56,920 bases of DNA, taken from an uncultured Bacilli bacterium. GTDB lineage: Bacteria > Bacillota_I > Bacilli_A > RF39 > UBA660. The DNA lies in NCBI GenBank assembly GCA_947600015.1, contig CANQFX010000001.1:1-56920 (forward strand). Reading direction: 5' to 3'. The notes beneath the pieces were generated by a model. That model was not told the origin of the DNA and searched no databases. It saw only the letters and a list, made by a program, of their open reading frames with translations. A program made the position numbers and the translations under genes. This document shows positions 52,171 to 56,920 of this stretch, one piece after another (within the stretch, counting starts at the first letter, position 1; every line of letters begins with the position of its first letter).

Positions 52171-54150
52171 TTAGGTTCCTACTTGATTAGATGACTTTTC
52201 ATCGAAAGTTTGATCCGTTTCACGAGGTTCTGTTCCCTTAATAAAATACATAAGTTTTTGTTTTGGAGAATTTTGTGTTGCAGGTTTCCCTGAAATTGGT
52301 TCTACAAATACGGCCGAAACATTATCTGGTTTTTGATACCAAAAATCTTTTGCTTGCGCTTTTTCATAGTTTTCTACCGATTGATACCAGATATTTTGTG
52401 CATATTTATATTCGGAAGTAGAAAGAGATTGATTGTCATCATACCCACACCATACAGCACTCACAATATCAGGATTAAATCCAATATTCCAATTATCACT
52501 ATTTGTTGTTCCACTTTTTAGGGCATATTTATGCGTTAGTTTCGAAGAAAGACCTATGGCTGTAGGATAATTATAATCAATATAATCTGGATCATAAGTT
52601 CCTGTAAGCATATTATTAAGAATATAAACAAGACTAGAATTTAAAACTAACTCTTTTTTATTACTGGCTTGATATAAAACATTTCCTTCTTTATCTACTA
52701 CCTTTTCAATTAAGTGAGGAGTTACCTTGTATCCTAAATTAGCAAATGCGGAGTATCCAGCCGCCATTTCAATAATACTAATCTCATTCGTCCCTAAAGG
52801 TAAAGAAGGAACATCTTGCAAATTAGCAGTAATCCCTACTCTTTTTGCCACATTAATTAATGCATCACTTCCTAAAAATAAATGTGTTTTTACAGCATAA
52901 ATATTTTCAGAATATGCAATGGCAGTAGCCATAGAAATTGGTTTGTTCCCATAAGTGTCATTATAATTTTTGGGAGAATAATCGTCTTGATTTTGAAAAG
53001 TAAAAGTAGTAGCTTCACTCGTAAAAGCAGAACTAGAAGTAAACCCATTTTCCAAGGCAGCATAGTAAAGATATGGCTTCATCGTAGATCCTACTTGTCG
53101 TATGGAAGAAATCGCTCGATTATAAGAGGAACTTTGATAATCCCGTCCTCCAATCAATGCAAGAATTCCCCCAGTATTTGGATTCATTAAAACAGCGGAA
53201 ACTTGAATTTTAGACTCTTCAGGGATCGTTTCATCAATCGTTTTTTCTAAATTTCTTTGTGCATTAAAATCAAGATTGGTATAAATTTGTAATCCTTTGG
53301 TATCAGTATACGATTCTGGGATAGAATGAATTTTCTTTAACTCTTGCACTACTGCATCTTGATAATACATAATAGTACTTAATTCCTCTTGTTCTTCTTT
53401 TCCACTAAGATGCAATTCTTCTTGATATGCATTGTTTTTTTCCTCTTCTGAAATCACACCATTTTTTACAAGTAAATCTAAAACCAACAATTGTCTCTTC
53501 TTTGCCACTTCAAAATCAACAAAAGGAGAATAATTAGCAGGAGATTTAGGAATTCCTGTAAGAAGTGCAGCCTCAGCAAGAGTCAAATCTTTTGCTGACT
53601 TATTAAAATAAAAATTACTAGCATTTTCAATACCATATTTTCCATGACCATAATTAATTGTATTTAGATATCCTTCTAAAATTTCATCTTTTGAATAAGA
53701 AGACTCTATTCTCATGGTATACCACATTTCATCCCATTTTCTTTTCCAAGTCTTTGAAAAATCTAAAAATAAATTTTTTGCGTATTGTTGTGTTATTGTA
53801 GAAGCCCCCTGCTCTGTTTTTCCACTAGTAAGATTAATATAAGTAGCCTTTAAAATACGTAAAAAATCAAATCCATGATGTTTATAAAAATTTTTATCTT
53901 CTGTATTAATAGTTGCCTCAATTAAATAATCAGAGATTTGGTCTAAACTTACCCATTGTTTTGATTCATTCCCTTGAAAAAACACTTCTCCTTTTTGATC
54001 ATAAAACATCAAACTATTTGCACTATTAATTTCTAGTTTCGGAGCAGTCTTAATATAAATAAATACTCCTGTAATTACCAAAACAAATAAAATGAAAAAA
54101 AACATCATTATTTTAAATAAAATCTTTTTCTTTTTTCTTTTTCTATTCAC
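52171..54150 (-). CDS. Class A penicillin-binding protein (glycosyltransferase GT51 plus transpeptidase)
   Basis: GT51 motifs EDKNFYKHHGFD and GASTITQQYAKN. Transpeptidase motifs STMKP (SxxK) and KSGTT (KTG-like). GTG start. Confidence 0.92.
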   Translation of the reverse strand: MNRKRKKKKILFKIMMFFFILFVLVITGVFIYIKTAPKLEINSANSLMFYDQKGEVFFQGNESKQWVSLDQISDYLIEATINTEDKNFYKHHGFDFLRILKATYINLTSGKTEQGASTITQQYAKNLFLDFSKTWKRKWDEMWYTMRIESSYSKDEILEGYLNTINYGHGKYGIENASNFYFNKSAKDLTLAEAALLTGIPKSPANYSPFVDFEVAKKRQLLVLDLLVKNGVISEEEKNNAYQEELHLSGKEEQEELSTIMYYQDAVVQELKKIHSIPESYTDTKGLQIYTNLDFNAQRNLEKTIDETIPEESKIQVSAVLMNPNTGGILALIGGRDYQSSSYNRAISSIRQVGSTMKPYLYYAALENGFTSSSAFTSEATTFTFQNQDDYSPKNYNDTYGNKPISMATAIAYSENIYAVKTHLFLGSDALINVAKRVGITANLQDVPSLPLGTNEISIIEMAAGYSAFANLGYKVTPHLIEKVVDKEGNVLYQASNKKELVLNSSLVYILNNMLTGTYDPDYIDYNYPTAIGLSSKLTHKYALKSGTTNSDNWNIGFNPDIVSAVWCGYDDNQSLSTSEYKYAQNIWYQSVENYEKAQAKDFWYQKPDNVSAVFVEPISGKPATQNSPKQKLMYFIKGTEPRETDQTFDEKSSNQVGT

Positions 54151-54257
54151 TTTACTTCACCCTTTTCTTTTAATAGTATTTAAACAAAGAATTGAAAATA
54201 TGTATGAAAATAAAAAGAATTATGTTATAATCATTACTAGAAATTTCAGGTGAGAAT

Positions 54258-54617
54258 ATGCCAAAAATAAAAATAAAAGTAAGTTTAACAACGCAGGAAG
54301 AAAAGATAGAAAAAATATATAATGCTATTTATAAAGAACTAGAAGACTGTATTCTCTATCAAGAACAAGATGAAAACAAGACACTTGTGAAATATGATTA
54401 TAAAAATCAAAAATTAATAAGAGAAAATAAAGACTTTTGCATGATATATTCTTTTCAAAAAAACAAGATAACAAAAGCAAGTATTGAAATAAAAGAGTTA
54501 AATCAAATAGTATATTTAAAATTAAAAACAAAAGAAATAAAACAAGACGAAAAAAATATGAGTATTAATTATCAATTAGAAGAGGAAGAATATCAATATA
54601 AAATTGAGGTGATATAA
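54258..54617 (+). CDS. DUF1934 (YwiB-like) beta-barrel protein
   Basis: 119 aa, immediately upstream of and abutting argS, as ywiB does in B. subtilis. The call rests on position and size. Confidence 0.55.
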   Translation: MPKIKIKVSLTTQEEKIEKIYNAIYKELEDCILYQEQDENKTLVKYDYKNQKLIRENKDFCMIYSFQKNKITKASIEIKELNQIVYLKLKTKEIKQDEKNMSINYQLEEEEYQYKIEVI

Positions 54618-56366
54618 ATGAGTATAAAGAAAGAATTAGAGAAAGAATTAAAAGAAAAAATAAAAGAAGCAGGGTATGAAATAGAGAACTTTTTCTTACA
54701 GCCATCCAACCGTAAAGATTTAGGAGAATATCAAATAAATGATGCTATGGCGTTAACAAAAAAATATAAAAAACCTCCTAGAGAGATTGCCCAAGATATT
54801 ACAAAGGTATTAGAAAAGGATAACAGGTTACAAAATATTAATATTGCTGGTCCAGGATTTATTAATATTTCCTTAAGTGATGAGTTTTTAATCGAATGTT
54901 TCAATAAAATTCATCAAAATATCCAAGAAGCAATTGATACATTACCTTCAAAAAAAGTGATTATTGATTATGGAGGTGCCAATGTATCAAAAGCCTTACA
55001 TGTGGGACATTTACGAAGTGCGGATTTAGGAGAAGCCTTAAAAAGATTAGCACGCCTTTTGGGATACGAAGTATTAGCAGATGCCCATTTAGGGGATTAT
55101 GGAAGACCATTAGGACTTGTCATTTTAGAAATCAAAAAACATTATCCTGAATTGGCTTATTTTGATGAAACTTATCAAGGAGACTATAATGAAATTACTC
55201 TTCCTATTACAAATCAAGATTTAGAAGAAATTTACCCGATTGCCTCTTTGAAGGCAAAAGAAGATGAATCTTACTTAGAGGAAGCAAGGGAAATTACAGT
55301 TAAAATTCAAAATAAAGAACCAGGCTATTACAATTTGTGGAAAAAAGTAGTAGAAATTTCTAAGCAGGAAATTAAAAAAACCTATGAAGAATTAAATGTA
55401 TCTTTTGATTTATGGCAAGGAGAAAGTGATGCTGTAGAATACTTTGCTGAATTAAATGATATTTTTCAAACAAAAAATTTATTAGAAGAAAGTGAAGGAG
55501 CAAAGATTGTAGAAGTAAAAAAAGAAGATGATACATCTCCAATGCCCCCTCTCCTATTTATTAAGTCTAATGGATCTATTTCTTATGAAACAACAGATTT
55601 AACGACAATATTAGAAAGAAAGAAAAAATTTAATCCTGATGAGATTTGGTATTTAGCTGATGGTAGACAACAACTTCACTTTGAACAGGTGTTTCGTGCT
55701 GCTCGTCTTGCCCATCTTGTAGAAGATCAAGTAACATTAGAATATATTGGTTTTGGAACTATGAATGGTCCAGATGGAAAACCATTTAAAACAAGAGATG
55801 GTGGAGTAATGACTCTTAAAAATTTAATTGGACTGGTAAAAGAAGAAACAACAAAACGAATCAAAGAAGAGATTGTTTCTGAAACGGAAAAAGAAGAAGT
55901 AGCGCAAATGGTTGCTGTAGCGGCATTAAAATATGCCGACTTTCTACCACACAGAACTACAGATTTTATCTTTGAAGTAGATAAATTTTCGGATTTGGAG
56001 GGAAAAACGGGACCCTATTTACTCTACTCTACCATTCGTATGAAATCACTTTTAGATAAGGCCAAAAGCCTAAAGCAAGAAAAAGTGACACAAATAAAAA
56101 CCAAAGAAGAAAAAGAATTAGGACTCATGATATTAAATCTTTCTGATGTATTAATAAAATCATTAGAATCTAAAACATTAAATGATATTGCTGAATATTT
56201 ATATAATATTACTTCTTTATATAATAAATTTTATGCAGAAAATAAAGTATTAACAGAAGAAAATCAAAACTTACAAGAATCTTGGTTAGTTTTAACAAAA
56301 GTGGTATATGATATAAATAAATTACTTTTGGACATATTAGGAATAAAAGTTCCAAGAAAAATGTAA
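54618..56366 (+). CDS. argS: Arginyl-tRNA synthetase
   Basis: HIGH-type HVGHLRS. 582 aa with a C-terminal DALR anticodon-binding-like region. Confidence 0.93.
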   Translation: MSIKKELEKELKEKIKEAGYEIENFFLQPSNRKDLGEYQINDAMALTKKYKKPPREIAQDITKVLEKDNRLQNINIAGPGFINISLSDEFLIECFNKIHQNIQEAIDTLPSKKVIIDYGGANVSKALHVGHLRSADLGEALKRLARLLGYEVLADAHLGDYGRPLGLVILEIKKHYPELAYFDETYQGDYNEITLPITNQDLEEIYPIASLKAKEDESYLEEAREITVKIQNKEPGYYNLWKKVVEISKQEIKKTYEELNVSFDLWQGESDAVEYFAELNDIFQTKNLLEESEGAKIVEVKKEDDTSPMPPLLFIKSNGSISYETTDLTTILERKKKFNPDEIWYLADGRQQLHFEQVFRAARLAHLVEDQVTLEYIGFGTMNGPDGKPFKTRDGGVMTLKNLIGLVKEETTKRIKEEIVSETEKEEVAQMVAVAALKYADFLPHRTTDFIFEVDKFSDLEGKTGPYLLYSTIRMKSLLDKAKSLKQEKVTQIKTKEEKELGLMILNLSDVLIKSLESKTLNDIAEYLYNITSLYNKFYAENKVLTEENQNLQESWLVLTKVVYDINKLLLDILGIKVPRKM

Positions 56367-56477
56367 AAAAGTGTTGTGTTTCAGTAAGATATATGTTATA
56401 AGTTTATTGATAATTTTTTATAATAACAAAAAAAGAAATCCAAGCATATAATGTGTTAGTTGATATAGGAGGGCAAT

Positions 56478-56920
56478 ATGAGTCTTAAAAAAATGACAAA
56501 AGAAGAGTTAGAATTATTATCTAATAAAGATATTACCAATTTAATATTACAAGAAAGTAAAAAATCAATAAATACAGCAGATTTATTCAAAAAAATTATT
56601 GAATTACTAGAATTACCAAAAAATACCTTTGAAAAGAAAATAGGTGATTATTATACATCACTATCGACAGATAAAAGATTTATTTTACTTGATAATTCTG
56701 AATGGGATTTAAAAGATAAACATAAAGTAGAAATAGTTTTAGATGATGATATGGATGAAGATGCTATGGAAGACGAAGATGAAGAAGCATCATTTGATGA
56801 AGAAGATAGTGATAATAATGGTGATACTGATAATGATTCTATGGATAGTATCGAAATAACTGATGATGAGGTTGATTTAGATGACGATGATGATATGGAT
56901 GATTTATCAATTGTAGATGA
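56478..56920 (+). CDS. rpoE: RNA polymerase delta subunit RpoE (3' end runs off the window)
   Basis: My translation is MSLKKMTKEELELLSNKDITNLILQE...GDYYTSLSTDKRFILLDNSEWDLKDKH followed by a poly-acidic tail (DDDMDEDAMEDEDEE...). GGAGGG RBS. No stop codon occurs before the window ends. Confidence 0.85.
   Translation, partial: MSLKKMTKEELELLSNKDITNLILQESKKSINTADLFKKIIELLELPKNTFEKKIGDYYTSLSTDKRFILLDNSEWDLKDKHKVEIVLDDDMDEDAMEDEDEEASFDEEDSDNNGDTDNDSMDSIEITDDEVDLDDDDDMDDLSIVD

Noticed and set aside
50558-54150. The head-on (minus-strand) block pta-lemA-PBP1A on the rightward replichore as evidence of an inversion or insertion
   Set aside because: There are no flanking repeats or mobile-element scars. 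Small head-on blocks are common, and the observation is not informative without comparative genomes.
1-56920. Search for mobile elements, CRISPR arrays, prophage or defence islands, and rRNA/tRNA genes
   Set aside because: I saw no direct-repeat arrays, integrase or transposase motifs, GC-rich structured RNA blocks or compositional islands. The window is essentially all conserved core genes, apart from the few orphan ORFs listed above.

Overview
This window is the chromosomal replication-origin neighbourhood of a very AT-rich Firmicute, probably Bacilli- or Erysipelotrichia-like. That taxonomic guess rests only on synteny with the Bacillus subtilis origin region. Bipartite oriC lies at about 26.56-28.3 kb and flanks dnaA. 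Every gene to its left is on the minus strand: dnaN, comK-like, recF, gyrB, gyrA, tadA, dnaX, ybaB, recR, bofA, holB, ricT, yabB-like, rsmI, pth, mfd, spoVT, metG, tatD, a sipW cluster, rsmA, yabG and veg. Genes to its right are on the plus strand up to about 50.5 kb: rpmH, rnpA, yidC, jag, mnmE, mnmG, rsmG, noc, soj, spo0J, mscS, abgT, ychF, rpsF, ssb, rpsR, a gdpP-like gene, rplI, dnaB, M23, an MBL-fold gene, rlmH, ung and an HD-domain gene. Next comes a head-on block (pta, lemA, PBP1A), followed by ywiB-like, argS and the 5' part of rpoE. I saw no rRNA, tRNA, CRISPR array, transposase or prophage signal. Features missing from the ORF track are rpmH (40 aa), a 57-aa membrane ORF, a roughly 75-nt SRP RNA hidden under an over-extended tadA ORF, a T-box leader for metG, two parS sites, three perfect Noc-binding sites (NBS), the DnaA-box clusters, and the open-ended rpoE. 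The strongest leads are four. (1) The chromosome-organisation module: a Noc orthologue with Noc-type specificity residues but no N-terminal membrane helix and a roughly 215-aa acidic insertion, plus a parS-NBS-parS composite site packed into 130 bp. (2) A SipW-type signal peptidase with two tandem paralogous signal-anchored proteins, sitting where B. subtilis has yabE/rnmV. (3) A ComK-family gene between dnaN and recF. (4) A catalytic-domain-only GdpP homologue. The expected synteny partners yabA, yaaA/rlbA, remB, rnmV and yabE are not at their usual positions. All homology calls come from motif recognition by eye. No database search was run.
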